IMG/VR virus record: IMGVR_UViG_3300011337_000669
From: a virus
Taxonomy: Duplodnaviria > Caudoviricetes
Strand: one strand, 5' to 3'
Length of the DNA stretch: 64,000 bases
Part shown: in pieces, positions 26,627-35,903 of the stretch
Layout: every line of letters starts with the position of its first letter
How positions within the stretch are numbered: the first letter of the stretch is position 1
Program-made: the position numbers and the translations under genes
The notes under the pieces: model-generated
What the model saw: the letters and a program-made list of their open reading frames with translations, nothing else
Told to the model about the DNA's origin: nothing
Databases searched by the model: none

Positions 26627-27466
26627 TTAATAATTCAATATTAACAGCTCTTCTCCCATATTTTGTTTTGTTCCTTTTTTAGCTGCCGCAGCCTTTGCAA
26701 ATTCTTTTTTTTCCCACCGAAACATATTTTCAGGAAACCAATCGTGTAATAATTCAAAATCATAGTAGGATAAACTGAACTTACCTTGTACCTTGTTCAA
26801 GGCAATCGCCAATCTTTCATGGTCTTCCCGATCGAAGTCATGATTACTATAGTAGTTTTCAGTTTTCCAATAAGGAGGATCTAAATAGATGTAAGTTGTC
26901 GGAGAATCATACTTCTCAATAACATCTTGAAAGTCTAAATTTTCAACGTGGGTGATTTTTGTGAAGTGCTTAACCCATTCAGGTTTACTCAATTTATCTC
27001 TAAAAGCAAGATACTTCGACCTATACTTCCCTTTGAGGTCTATAAAACTTGATGTTTCAGGTTTACTTCCACTAAATACTTGTGATAACACATAAACATA
27101 CTTTGCAGCTGTAACATAGTCAGGATATTCAACCTTAAATCCCTCACCAAATATTTCACTTTGGAAACTTATAAACTTCTCTTTTAACTCAGGTTGAGTA
27201 TTATCCACACCGACTTGTTGGACTTCTATTTCATCCATTACTCGTTGAAGTTCGGATGGGTTTTGAACACACTTAAATAAATTGTAATTTAATGGATTAA
27301 AGTCATTGTAAACGACTTTCTTAAGGTTTGGATACTTATCCAAGTCCATATTAAAAAAACACCAGAACATACCTGAAAATGGTTCTACGTACGTTTCCAT
27401 GTCTGTGGGGTAAAATGGAACAATCCATTTACCTATTTTTGATTTACCTCCAATATAACTTATCAT
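26627..27466 (-). CDS. dam: Dam-like (D12 class) N6-adenine DNA methyltransferase
   Basis: YIGGKSK, YVEPFSG and YLDPPY motifs in alpha-class order. Confidence 0.9.
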   Translation of the reverse strand: MISYIGGKSKIGKWIVPFYPTDMETYVEPFSGMFWCFFNMDLDKYPNLKKVVYNDFNPLNYNLFKCVQNPSELQRVMDEIEVQQVGVDNTQPELKEKFISFQSEIFGEGFKVEYPDYVTAAKYVYVLSQVFSGSKPETSSFIDLKGKYRSKYLAFRDKLSKPEWVKHFTKITHVENLDFQDVIEKYDSPTTYIYLDPPYWKTENYYSNHDFDREDHERLAIALNKVQGKFSLSYYDFELLHDWFPENMFRWEKKEFAKAAAAKKGTKQNMGEELLILNY

Positions 27467-27501
27467 GAAACAATGATAATAAAAAAAACTAAGAAAGGCA
27501 A

Positions 27502-27675
27502 TTACTTATAACAATTTTTGTAGGGACGACATGAAGCTTTCTGAGTAAATCCCATTTCATCACACGGTGTAGATTTACAATAGGATTTACTATACTTGCG
27601 AGGTTTTTTATATTTTCCTTGTTCCTTCTCGTCAAGGTACATATAAAGAATTCTACGAATTTGTTCACTTAACAT
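27502..27675 (-). CDS. 57-aa Cys-containing protein (not in ORF track)
   Basis: Hand translation MLSEQIRRILYMYLDEKEQGKYKKPRKYSKSYCKSTPCDEMGFTQKASCRPYKNCYK*. Confidence 0.7.
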   Translation of the reverse strand: MLSEQIRRILYMYLDEKEQGKYKKPRKYSKSYCKSTPCDEMGFTQKASCRPYKNCYK

Positions 27676-27685
27676 ACTTATAATT

Positions 27686-27826
27686 ATGTCGGAATGTAAA
27701 AAATGTAATCAAAAACCAACAAGTAAAATTCAATATTTTACAATCGTTGGAGGATTCTACCTCTTGGGGTCATCAATCTACGGAACAGTAAAAATATTTG
27801 AATTGTTATTCAACTTATTTGATTAA
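27686..27826 (+). CDS. 46-aa membrane protein with CxxC (not in ORF track)
   Basis: Hand translation MSECKKCNQKPTSKIQYFTIVGGFYLLGSSIYGTVKIFELLFNLFD*. Confidence 0.65.
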   Translation: MSECKKCNQKPTSKIQYFTIVGGFYLLGSSIYGTVKIFELLFNLFD

Positions 27827-27852
27827 TCACATCTAAGTGATTATATTTCATT

Positions 27853-28008
27853 ATGAATGAATCCGAAAAATTTGAACCGAATCAACCACTTAAAATCAAA
27901 CCTCATCACTTTATAATCGGAATGGGAGTTTTTTTACTAGTATTTAATACTATGATTAAAATAATCAACTTGTTAATTGATTCATTTATTTATTTCTTTC
28001 AAACTTAA
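27853..28008 (+). CDS. 51-aa putative membrane protein (not in ORF track)
   Basis: MNESEKFEPNQPLKIKPHHFIIGMGVFLLVFNTMIKIINLLIDSFIYFFQT*; overlaps the dnaJ stop convergently. Confidence 0.45.
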   Translation: MNESEKFEPNQPLKIKPHHFIIGMGVFLLVFNTMIKIINLLIDSFIYFFQT

Positions 28009-28903
28009 CATTCAATTTCAAATACATATCTCCCCCATTGTAACCCTTTCCCCTCAATCTTAGTGGTTTAGATGTATCGAATATCTTTGGAGAATCGATT
28101 CTTAGTTCTCCATCGGGATGTGGAATATTATATTTATCGTTTTTCAAATCCTCCAAATTCAAAAATAAGTTATAGATTAAGTCGTTATTGAACTTTTCGA
28201 AACCATCCTTAGGTACAACTTCAATTTGAATCACCAAATCTCCATATTCTCCATTCTTGAAATCACCAGCCCTCTCTATTTTCAAGTACTGACCACTATC
28301 AACCCCTTTGGGTATCATAACCCTTAAATCTGCCGCCGTTTGTCTGGATCCTCTTCCATCACATCCATAACATTTATGTACCAAAGTATAACCTTTACCT
28401 CCACAGGTGGGACAAGCACTTCTTACTTGTTGACTCATGAATGCGGTACCAAAAGATTTAATGAAAAATCCCTGACCATTACAGGATGTACATTTTTGTT
28501 GTTCCCCTCCCGCACCATTACAGGTTCCACAATGAGTATCTTTCATATATTGAATTCTTTTCTCCTCACCTTTGTAAGACTCTATAGGACTAATTTGAAC
28601 CTTAACAATTTTATCAGGAGCATTCTTTCTTTTTGTTTGTTGAAATCCTCCTCCACCAAACATCTGTGAAAACATTTGTTCGTATGATGTACCTTGAAAC
28701 GGGTTACTTCCTCTATTATTATACGCAGCTCTTTTATCAGGGTTACTAAGGGTTTCATAAGCCTCTGCAATCTCTTTGAATTTTTCTTCTCCCTGAGGAT
28801 TTCTATCTGGATGATATTGTGCCGCAAGTCTTCTATAAGACTTTTTTATTTCATCCTGAGATGCTTTCTCTTCAACTTCTAAAATTTTATAGTAATCTTT
28901 CAT
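27986..28903 (-). CDS. dnaJ: DnaJ chaperone
   Basis: J-domain with HPD, G/F stretch, four CxxCxGxG motifs, C-terminal domain. Confidence 0.95.
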   Translation of the reverse strand: MKDYYKILEVEEKASQDEIKKSYRRLAAQYHPDRNPQGEEKFKEIAEAYETLSNPDKRAAYNNRGSNPFQGTSYEQMFSQMFGGGGFQQTKRKNAPDKIVKVQISPIESYKGEEKRIQYMKDTHCGTCNGAGGEQQKCTSCNGQGFFIKSFGTAFMSQQVRSACPTCGGKGYTLVHKCYGCDGRGSRQTAADLRVMIPKGVDSGQYLKIERAGDFKNGEYGDLVIQIEVVPKDGFEKFNNDLIYNLFLNLEDLKNDKYNIPHPDGELRIDSPKIFDTSKPLRLRGKGYNGGDMYLKLNVKFERNK

Positions 28904-28905
28904 AT

Positions 28906-29550
28906 ATGGAGAACTACATGGTAGTCTTATTTAAGAATAAAAAAAAGAAAAAAATTATAAAGAAGTTTATAACATTCTCCCGTGCTAAACAATTTTACGA
29001 CAAATTAGTCAAAGAATCAAACGAAGTATTATTTGATGTTAGAGTTGAAGGTGGTAAAGAATGTAAATACGAGTTGGGTATTATAGAAATGAGTGCAAAA
29101 CAACTAATACCAGTCTATATGACCGATGAGTTTGGAAGAAATATTAAAGTCAAACTAGATGAAGATGGAATGACTCTATTCAAAATAGAAACTTACAAAA
29201 AAGAAGAAACCATTTACGACATAAAAGACCATAAAAAGATTACAACTCAAACCTTAATTAAAAAATATTTGAAGGGTGATGGTCTAAAAATGATTTCAGT
29301 ACTTAATAACAAAATTGTCCTTCAGGAAGATGAAAAGATTCACCTCTTCACATTAAAGTCAGAGAGTGAGTCTTCAAGGTTTGTCGATAGTTTGTCCTCA
29401 CATTTTTTCAAAATAAAAAGAGGAGATTGTTTGTTTGTTAAAGACTATTCAATCGCACAAAGAAAATCATTATATAAGTTGTTAGAGTCTTCAGGTATTG
29501 ACAAAAAAATACTTTATAGAAAATTTACGACGTTACCTCAGTCAAAATAA
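28906..29550 (+). CDS. Hypothetical protein
   Basis: Start moved to MENYMVVLFKNKKKKK at 28906, 2 nt from the divergent dnaJ start. Confidence 0.75.
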   Translation: MENYMVVLFKNKKKKKIIKKFITFSRAKQFYDKLVKESNEVLFDVRVEGGKECKYELGIIEMSAKQLIPVYMTDEFGRNIKVKLDEDGMTLFKIETYKKEETIYDIKDHKKITTQTLIKKYLKGDGLKMISVLNNKIVLQEDEKIHLFTLKSESESSRFVDSLSSHFFKIKRGDCLFVKDYSIAQRKSLYKLLESSGIDKKILYRKFTTLPQSK

Positions 29551-29755
29551 AATGAAACTCCGTACCTGAAATATCTATGGAGAATTTTTTGTGATGTCTA
29601 TCCACTTCTCTAAAATGGTTAATAACACTAGTGTATTCTCCTTTTGGTAATTCAAAAACAATTGTCGCTTTACCACTGAAAACAGTTTGACATGATTCAG
29701 CAATTAACGCCAACTTTTCTAATTCCCCAAAATTAATATCTTTATTTTCTGCCAT
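29525..29755 (-). CDS. Hypothetical protein
   Basis: ORF track; operon overlap. Confidence 0.75.
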   Translation of the reverse strand: MAENKDINFGELEKLALIAESCQTVFSGKATIVFELPKGEYTSVINHFREVDRHHKKFSIDISGTEFHFILTEVTS

Positions 29756-29913
29756 AGTGTTAATTTTTTAGGTATTACAAATAATTCTTCTTTTTTGATA
29801 TTTCGGATTTCTTCGATATATTTTCTTTTTGTATTTTCGATTTCCTTATTATCTTTTAATTTTTCACTTTCCAACCAATTCAGTGTCGATTGGTTCTTGT
29901 TCGTCTTGCTCAT
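29719..29913 (-). CDS. Hypothetical protein
   Basis: ORF track; ends LTLWQKIKILILGN. Confidence 0.7.
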   Translation of the reverse strand: MSKTNKNQSTLNWLESEKLKDNKEIENTKRKYIEEIRNIKKEELFVIPKKLTLWQKIKILILGN

Positions 29914-30337
29914 AGTCTAAATCATTATCAGTATCTTCTAACTCAACATTTAACTCAGGTGTATCATCCTCTTCCTCAAAATAAAAATTTAGATTTTTGA
30001 GTTTATCCAAATCAGTTTTTTCAAACGTGCTTTTTAATTGTTCCACGGTTTCTCTGAACAGTCTTTCTTTTAATTCTTTTTCTTTATTCAATTTGATGAT
30101 TTTAGCAATTTTAGCTAAGTTTTTGGAAACTTCGGAATCATCGGTGGGTGAAACAAATGAAATACCTTTTAAGTTTTGATTTTCAGCCTCGAACCCAACA
30201 ATTTGACCTTCTTCAAGAAGATTTTTGGGAAGTGACCATTTACTGGGAAAAACCATATCAAAACTTAGATAGTTTTTTAGTTTTCTAATGGAATGTAGAT
30301 ACTCGACAAATGGACTTAATTCTGTATAAAAACTCAT
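29864..30337 (-). CDS. Hypothetical protein with acidic tail
   Basis: ORF track. Confidence 0.8.
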   Translation of the reverse strand: MSFYTELSPFVEYLHSIRKLKNYLSFDMVFPSKWSLPKNLLEEGQIVGFEAENQNLKGISFVSPTDDSEVSKNLAKIAKIIKLNKEKELKERLFRETVEQLKSTFEKTDLDKLKNLNFYFEEEDDTPELNVELEDTDNDLDYEQDEQEPIDTELVGK

Positions 30338-30522
30338 GATACGTATATGTAGGTGATAATATAACTTATTGATAAACCTAAAATTATAAGTTCCCTGTTA
30401 GTATAAGCCAATGGTTTTGGATTTTTTTCTAACAGGGCACTCACAATTTTTAGTCCGTGTCTTAATGACACTAATACTGTTAACACAAATATAAACAAAT
30501 ATATTGTATTAATATTATGCAT
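30334..30522 (-). CDS. Small two-TM membrane protein
   Basis: Two hydrophobic helices. Confidence 0.7.
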   Translation of the reverse strand: MHNINTIYLFIFVLTVLVSLRHGLKIVSALLEKNPKPLAYTNRELIILGLSISYIITYIYVS

Positions 30523-30697
30523 TTTTTTCGGTTTTGCCGTGATTAAGAACTTCAGTTCTAAATTCTTGAAGTAATGCCTTTAATTCTTGAGCAGATTTTC
30601 TTGCACGGGTACCCGCACTTTTATTACCTTTATAGAATTTAACAGCATCAACTGATAATAGCTCAGTAAGTTCTTTAATTTTTTCTAATGTTTCCAT
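30515..30697 (-). CDS. Histone H1-like protein Hc1 family
   Basis: KFYKGNKSAGTRARKSAQELKALLQEFR matches the Hc1-like signature of Bacteroidota/Chlamydia proteins. Confidence 0.82.
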   Translation of the reverse strand: METLEKIKELTELLSVDAVKFYKGNKSAGTRARKSAQELKALLQEFRTEVLNHGKTEKNA

Positions 30698-30779
30698 TTC
30701 TAATATAATTAATGTTTATTGTTTATGTTTATAAAAATAACTTTTTTTACTCTTGTGTAAATAGAGTATGGGAGTTTTT

Positions 30780-31256
30780 CTACTTAACATTTTTTTCCAT
30801 CATCTTATATATCTCAGTAATCATATCTAAATCTGATTTACTAAATGGTTTAGACATGTTGAATATCTCATTGAGAAATACTGGTACAGAGTCTTTAACA
30901 TTCTTCTGAGTTTGATTGTAGAATGTGTCCGTATAAAATGACCACAAATAGTCTTTGTGTTCTCCATCTATTGTGATAGTAATATTTTCTTTTTGAAAAT
31001 TTTCAACCATCTTACCCCAACACCAATCGAAGTGAGATTTTTTATCACTGGGGGACAAAACTATTTTAGTTTCGGGTGAATCTCCATTTGAATCACCCAT
31101 ATAGGTGTCAGTAATAACATAGTTTAATGATTTGAATATATCACCATATAATTCAATTTTTTCATAAATCATATTATGCACGTTGAACCAAATGGCCACT
31201 TCGTCATTCGGAACAGGTTTAGATATCCAATCAAAAAAATTCTCCATAGAGTTCAT
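30780..31256 (-). CDS. Hypothetical protein
   Basis: 158-aa ORF. Confidence 0.8.
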   Translation of the reverse strand: MNSMENFFDWISKPVPNDEVAIWFNVHNMIYEKIELYGDIFKSLNYVITDTYMGDSNGDSPETKIVLSPSDKKSHFDWCWGKMVENFQKENITITIDGEHKDYLWSFYTDTFYNQTQKNVKDSVPVFLNEIFNMSKPFSKSDLDMITEIYKMMEKNVK

Positions 31257-31295
31257 CTATGGAGAATATAATACAAATCAAATAAATGTGAATTT

Positions 31296-32951
31296 TTATT
31301 GTGTTTTTCTGTTGTATCCGATAAGATTTTTCATCTTTTCCATCTCTTCAGAAATAACTTTAGACTTTTTGTCTTCAGTTGACTCAAGTTGATTCATTAT
31401 TTTCTGAGCCTTTGCAGTTGAACCTTTCTTCAATCCACCTGATTCTTTCTTTTCACCAGCAATATCTACAGGTTGTGGTTGTCTTTTGTATGATACGTTC
31501 ATTTGTTCCGCCCCATACAAGTTTTCGTCGAAGTTCTTTTTGAATCTTTCACCAGTTTTTTGGCTTCTCTTAGAAACATTGCCTAATGCTTTACCATCTG
31601 AACCTGTAACCGCATTACCATTTTTAGAATCACCTTTGATTTGTTTTTCAATCATTTCCTCATCTGGTTTGATTTCATCATAAACCAAGTTAGTCATACC
31701 AGGATATGCGAAAGCCTCGATGTATTCTTCCACAGCGTCAGATGGATGATATTTCTTCTCTTTGTGGTCTTTTTCCATATCGTAATTACTTTGAGGGAAA
31801 TCATCAGGATTTTCATCATATCCATTTTCACCTGAGAACATATCCTTCATATAATCCTTCATTTTTTTGACAACCTCTTGTGCGTAATCATCATTTTCTT
31901 TCTTGTTAAGCCCTAACACTTTTTCAGTTTTTTTCAAACCTTCAGGACTTTTCTTACCGATGTTTTCTTTCTCAGCAATGTCCTTAACTTTTTGTTCCAA
32001 AACTATTTGTTCAATCATATCAATCAATTCATCTTCTGTCAAAGTCAAAGAGGATTTTGTACTTTCTTTAACTTTTTTTAATGTTAAAGCCAAATTTACT
32101 TGCTTCAAGAGTTTAGCGTCAGATGTTGAAAGTTTTTTGTCACCTTCACCTTTTTTCATTAATTCACTTTTGAGTGATTTCAATTTGGATACAGGAATTT
32201 TTTCGCCTTCAGGAACTCCTAATTTTTTATGAAGTGCTCCTTTTTCCATATCAGTTTTTTGAATCCACTTTTCTTCCGCTTCTTTAACTGGTAAAATTTT
32301 TCCACCAACTTCCATAGTTTTATCTCCCGCATCTCTAGCTTGTTTTAGTTTGTGGGTAAATTCATTACCTTCCTCAGTTTCAGCCTCTTCCATATCTTTA
32401 CGAAGTCTGATTTTCATCGGTCCATATTTTTTTCGATAGATGTCGAAAAACTTTCTACCTTCGTCTCCAGGCGCAAAAAATCTTTGATTTTTCCCAAACT
32501 TTGAGGTGAAAGAATCAAAGTCGTCAAATTCCTCCTCGTCGTAATCAAAATCAAAATCTCCAATAAATTCTCCTTCATTTTCATCGTACCATCCATCATC
32601 ACCGAATGATGCCATCATTTTTGGTCTACCGGTTATGTGAAAACCATTTCTACCTGTCATATCTTTATTACCCATTTCTTCTCCATCACTTTCTTCAGTA
32701 TCATAGTAAAACCGTTCCTCAACTTCTTTCTTGTGAGATTTAGCATCTCTCAATTTTTTGAAATCGTCAGCCGTTAATTTACCTTTTGGTTTTGCAACAT
32801 CCAATTTCATTTGACCTCCGTGTAATTCTTCGTCAACTTCAATTTCAGTCCACTCACCCATCTCTTCAGAGATTTGTTTAACTTTGTTACTAATCTCCTC
32901 ATTTAATATTTTGGAAACTAATTTGTCTATATTATTCTTGAAATCACTCAT
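31296..32951 (-). CDS. Large modular acidic protein, probably head/virion-associated
   Basis: N-tag KLVSKILNEE, internal LTLTEDELIDMIEQIVLEQ, KWIQK...GALHKKLGVP module; TATTTAT at 32967-32973. Confidence 0.75.
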   Translation of the reverse strand: MSDFKNNIDKLVSKILNEEISNKVKQISEEMGEWTEIEVDEELHGGQMKLDVAKPKGKLTADDFKKLRDAKSHKKEVEERFYYDTEESDGEEMGNKDMTGRNGFHITGRPKMMASFGDDGWYDENEGEFIGDFDFDYDEEEFDDFDSFTSKFGKNQRFFAPGDEGRKFFDIYRKKYGPMKIRLRKDMEEAETEEGNEFTHKLKQARDAGDKTMEVGGKILPVKEAEEKWIQKTDMEKGALHKKLGVPEGEKIPVSKLKSLKSELMKKGEGDKKLSTSDAKLLKQVNLALTLKKVKESTKSSLTLTEDELIDMIEQIVLEQKVKDIAEKENIGKKSPEGLKKTEKVLGLNKKENDDYAQEVVKKMKDYMKDMFSGENGYDENPDDFPQSNYDMEKDHKEKKYHPSDAVEEYIEAFAYPGMTNLVYDEIKPDEEMIEKQIKGDSKNGNAVTGSDGKALGNVSKRSQKTGERFKKNFDENLYGAEQMNVSYKRQPQPVDIAGEKKESGGLKKGSTAKAQKIMNQLESTEDKKSKVISEEMEKMKNLIGYNRKTQ

Positions 32952-32976
32952 TGTTTTATTTTTATAATAAATATCT

Positions 32977-33795
32977 TTATTTGTTTCTTTTACTCTTCAT
33001 TTGGTACTCATGTTCCAAAATAGTTATAATAACAGATTCATCGATATTCAATTTATTTGCAACATTTTTTATTGCGTCTTTTACCGATTCATTTTTACTT
33101 AGTTTGAGTGCATTGATGTCTCCTTGATTACAGTATGGGAATTTAGTACATTTCTTTTTTACTTGAACAAATGAACCTCCTTTATATTGTGTCTTTCTGC
33201 TCGGTCCCCAATCTTTTTTACTGGTAGATTTTGCCCACATAGCCGGTGTCTCATATCCTCCTGAAGAACCTGTGGTAGTTGCCTCTTTCGCTTCAACTTT
33301 TTCCACATCACTCTCTTTTAATCCAGGAGTTTCACTCCTACTTTTCTCCCAAAACTCATCGTTACCTCCGAATACAGGTCCTGAGTAAGCACCTGAAGAT
33401 CCAGATCCAGTAGCCTCTTTATTCTCTTGTTTCTTTACTCCTCCTAACTTACACATCTTCAAAAACTCGTTGGTATCTACCTTGATATTCTCTTTTTTGA
33501 ATTGTTTAATCATGTTTCGAGCAATCTGTTTCTTATTTTCAACATCTTTGACTTGATTGATAATATCAACAATACCACGTACCATTTCATTATCATTCTT
33601 ACTCAATTTCAAATCTTTGGTCTCCATTTTTTTCAATTTTTTGTAATAGTTAGGATCTTCAAATACACCTTCTAAGTTTTCCTCTGTGAATCCTTGCTTG
33701 TATTTCATGTGGTCTTGTAATGTCGATGAGTTGAGACTTATCTGCGAAAACGCTTTATCTAAATTTGTTTTGAATAATTCTCCTGAACTTTTCAT
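32977..33795 (-). CDS. Hypothetical protein with repeated EATxxGSSGxY motif
   Basis: KEATGSGSSGAY and KEATTTGSSGGY; CTKFPYCNQG module. Confidence 0.8.
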   Translation of the reverse strand: MKSSGELFKTNLDKAFSQISLNSSTLQDHMKYKQGFTEENLEGVFEDPNYYKKLKKMETKDLKLSKNDNEMVRGIVDIINQVKDVENKKQIARNMIKQFKKENIKVDTNEFLKMCKLGGVKKQENKEATGSGSSGAYSGPVFGGNDEFWEKSRSETPGLKESDVEKVEAKEATTTGSSGGYETPAMWAKSTSKKDWGPSRKTQYKGGSFVQVKKKCTKFPYCNQGDINALKLSKNESVKDAIKNVANKLNIDESVIITILEHEYQMKSKRNK

Positions 33796-33797
33796 AA

Positions 33798-34043
33798 TTA
33801 TGCATTTTTAAGTCTTGGCTCCCAATAACTTCTATTCACCCACATGAACTGATAGAATTCTCGAAACATTCTCAATGTAATATCTTTAACCTCACCTTCG
33901 AGTTTTCCTCGTTTGATTTCACTTTGAATCCTGTCCATTAAATGTTCTTCAAATTGTTTAATGGTGTTATGGCTCATAAAGGATTTTATTTCTTTACGAA
34001 TCATAACTTCTATTTCTTTTTGTTCTGAACTTGTAAGTGCCAT
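33798..34043 (-). CDS. Hypothetical protein
   Basis: 81-aa ORF in the operon. Confidence 0.8.
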   Translation of the reverse strand: MALTSSEQKEIEVMIRKEIKSFMSHNTIKQFEEHLMDRIQSEIKRGKLEGEVKDITLRMFREFYQFMWVNRSYWEPRLKNA

Positions 34044-34468
34044 TAGTTACTAATTAATAAAAGTGATGTTAATCCTATTCCAACAAAGGCCCCAACTTTC
34101 CATAGAAATGTTTTAGCTCTTTGACCTTTTAATTCTTTATATAAATTATCAGTTAATTCTTTGGATAGTTTAAGTTGTTCATCTTTTTTCCCAATGATGA
34201 ACTGATTGTTTTCATCTTTCTGTGTTAAAATAGTAATTATACCATCCTTTTGAATTTCTCGTTCTTCCAATTTTTGAAACTTTAGTTTCATTAAACTTAC
34301 TTCCTCTTTCAACCCATCATACCTTAATAAGTCTTGATATACTAGTCTTGCAACTTTTACATCGAGGACAACTTTGGAAGTATCAACTGTTTTAGTTTGA
34401 ATAACGGTCTGCGAAAAGCTTCTCGAGCTCAGCATTACCAATAAAACCAACACTAATAACTTTTTCAT
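34043..34468 (-). CDS. Secreted coiled-coil protein with C-terminal TM anchor (lysis-associated candidate)
   Basis: Signal peptide MKKLLVLVLLVMLSSRSFSQ, coiled coil, C-terminal hydrophobic helix. Confidence 0.7.
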   Translation of the reverse strand: MKKLLVLVLLVMLSSRSFSQTVIQTKTVDTSKVVLDVKVARLVYQDLLRYDGLKEEVSLMKLKFQKLEEREIQKDGIITILTQKDENNQFIIGKKDEQLKLSKELTDNLYKELKGQRAKTFLWKVGAFVGIGLTSLLLISN

Positions 34469-34742
34469 CAGTTTGTTCTTTTACCATTTCTATACTATTA
34501 TCGATGTTATGAATCTCTTTAGTAATTGAATTAACTGTTTCCTTAATTACCAAAACTTTTTCATCCATCTCTTTGTTAACCAACTGTACAGAATCTACTT
34601 CAACTTGAATATTTTCAATTTTTTTCTTGTAGGATTTTACATCGGTTTTAATACTATTGGTATTCAAAATATTCCATAACGCCAATATTATTATTATCCC
34701 TAATAATATGTTTTGTCTATTATTGATTATTTTTTCCCTCAT
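34392..34742 (-). CDS. N-terminally anchored coiled-coil membrane protein (i-spanin-like candidate)
   Basis: Single N-terminal TM then coiled coil; overlaps the next gene by 77 nt. Confidence 0.65.
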   Translation of the reverse strand: MREKIINNRQNILLGIIIILALWNILNTNSIKTDVKSYKKKIENIQVEVDSVQLVNKEMDEKVLVIKETVNSITKEIHNIDNSIEMVKEQTDEKVISVGFIGNAELEKLFADRYSN

Positions 34743-35314
34743 TATATTGGTGATTCCTTCGTTTTTTTTCTACTAGCTAAAACTTTACCCCACTTAGACT
34801 TAAATTTTTGATAGAATTGTTGTAATTTATTTATCATAGTAAGGAATTCACTATCAACCTTAATCATTTCACCGTTAATATAAATTCCACTATCTTCTCC
34901 GATTGTAAAAATAAATTCAATATCTTCATCGATAAGTTTTCCTGACCATTCAACACTATTTTTATATACGTTAAGGGTTTCGAAGTCAACCAAATCGGAA
35001 ACCTCCTCAACGAATTCATCCATAGTCTCTTGGAAAGCAACTTTCTCATCAGTGGTGATATCCAAATCACTTCTATCTTTACCATGAAGTTTCAAGATAC
35101 CACCAGAAATTCTGTATTTTTGTGATTTGTCCTTTGGTGTTGGTTCTTCCCCATCCTCAACGTCAGTCTCGGCAGTATCATACTCAACATCTTGAGCGAT
35201 TCTACTCTCAACATCTTTCGCAACGTTTATTTGTCCGTCTTGCTCAAAGAGTAATTTGGACTTCTTTAATAGAGATTTAATCTCATCGTACCTTTCGTTA
35301 TGTAAATTGCTCAT
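34742..35314 (-). CDS. Hypothetical protein with N-terminal tag
   Basis: RYDEIKSLLKKSKLLFEQ. Confidence 0.8.
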   Translation of the reverse strand: MSNLHNERYDEIKSLLKKSKLLFEQDGQINVAKDVESRIAQDVEYDTAETDVEDGEEPTPKDKSQKYRISGGILKLHGKDRSDLDITTDEKVAFQETMDEFVEEVSDLVDFETLNVYKNSVEWSGKLIDEDIEFIFTIGEDSGIYINGEMIKVDSEFLTMINKLQQFYQKFKSKWGKVLASRKKTKESPI

Positions 35315-35903
35315 TTTCTAAAAATTTAGTAAAGGTTTCAAAATTGAATGATGGGTTTAGGTCAGTATAATTGGAATCGTAATTACTTCTTGAACAAATC
35401 CCTTCGAAGTTTTCTATACCATCCACCTTTGTGTTATGACCTACACACGTCTTTTCAATTTGAAGAGTTTCTGTTAAGTGTTTACACAATTCAGCACTCA
35501 TTTTGATTTGTTGAGGTGTGTAAGGTTGCCAGAAATAGAAATCTCTCCATTTTTTTTCGTAAACCTGTTCATTATAAATACTTCCTTTCCAGTTAATATA
35601 ATGGTTGGTTAGTGGTTTCTTTTCCAACCACCCTAAATTCTCCAACATCACAAATATTGACAGTTTATTTGTTATATGATCATCAAAGAAATTACCAAAC
35701 CCTTGGTCTGATAATAACTGTAAAACTTTACCCTCTCGGGTCACAACATAATTAGGTATTTTGTCATACTTGGAATTATATCTAAATTTAAGGGAAGCCA
35801 AGTATTCCTCGACTTCCCTTGAAGTATGGCACAAAATTATTTGTGTCTTTTTTTTGTACTTACCTACTGATTTGAAATTTCCGTGTTTTTCAAAATTAAC
35901 CAT
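35298..35903 (-). CDS. N-acetylmuramoyl-L-alanine amidase (Amidase_2), putative endolysin
   Basis: IILCHT, PNYVVTREGKVLQL, SIFVMLEN, VGHN and TDLNPSF motifs. Confidence 0.8.
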   Translation of the reverse strand: MVNFEKHGNFKSVGKYKKKTQIILCHTSREVEEYLASLKFRYNSKYDKIPNYVVTREGKVLQLLSDQGFGNFFDDHITNKLSIFVMLENLGWLEKKPLTNHYINWKGSIYNEQVYEKKWRDFYFWQPYTPQQIKMSAELCKHLTETLQIEKTCVGHNTKVDGIENFEGICSRSNYDSNYTDLNPSFNFETFTKFLENEQFT

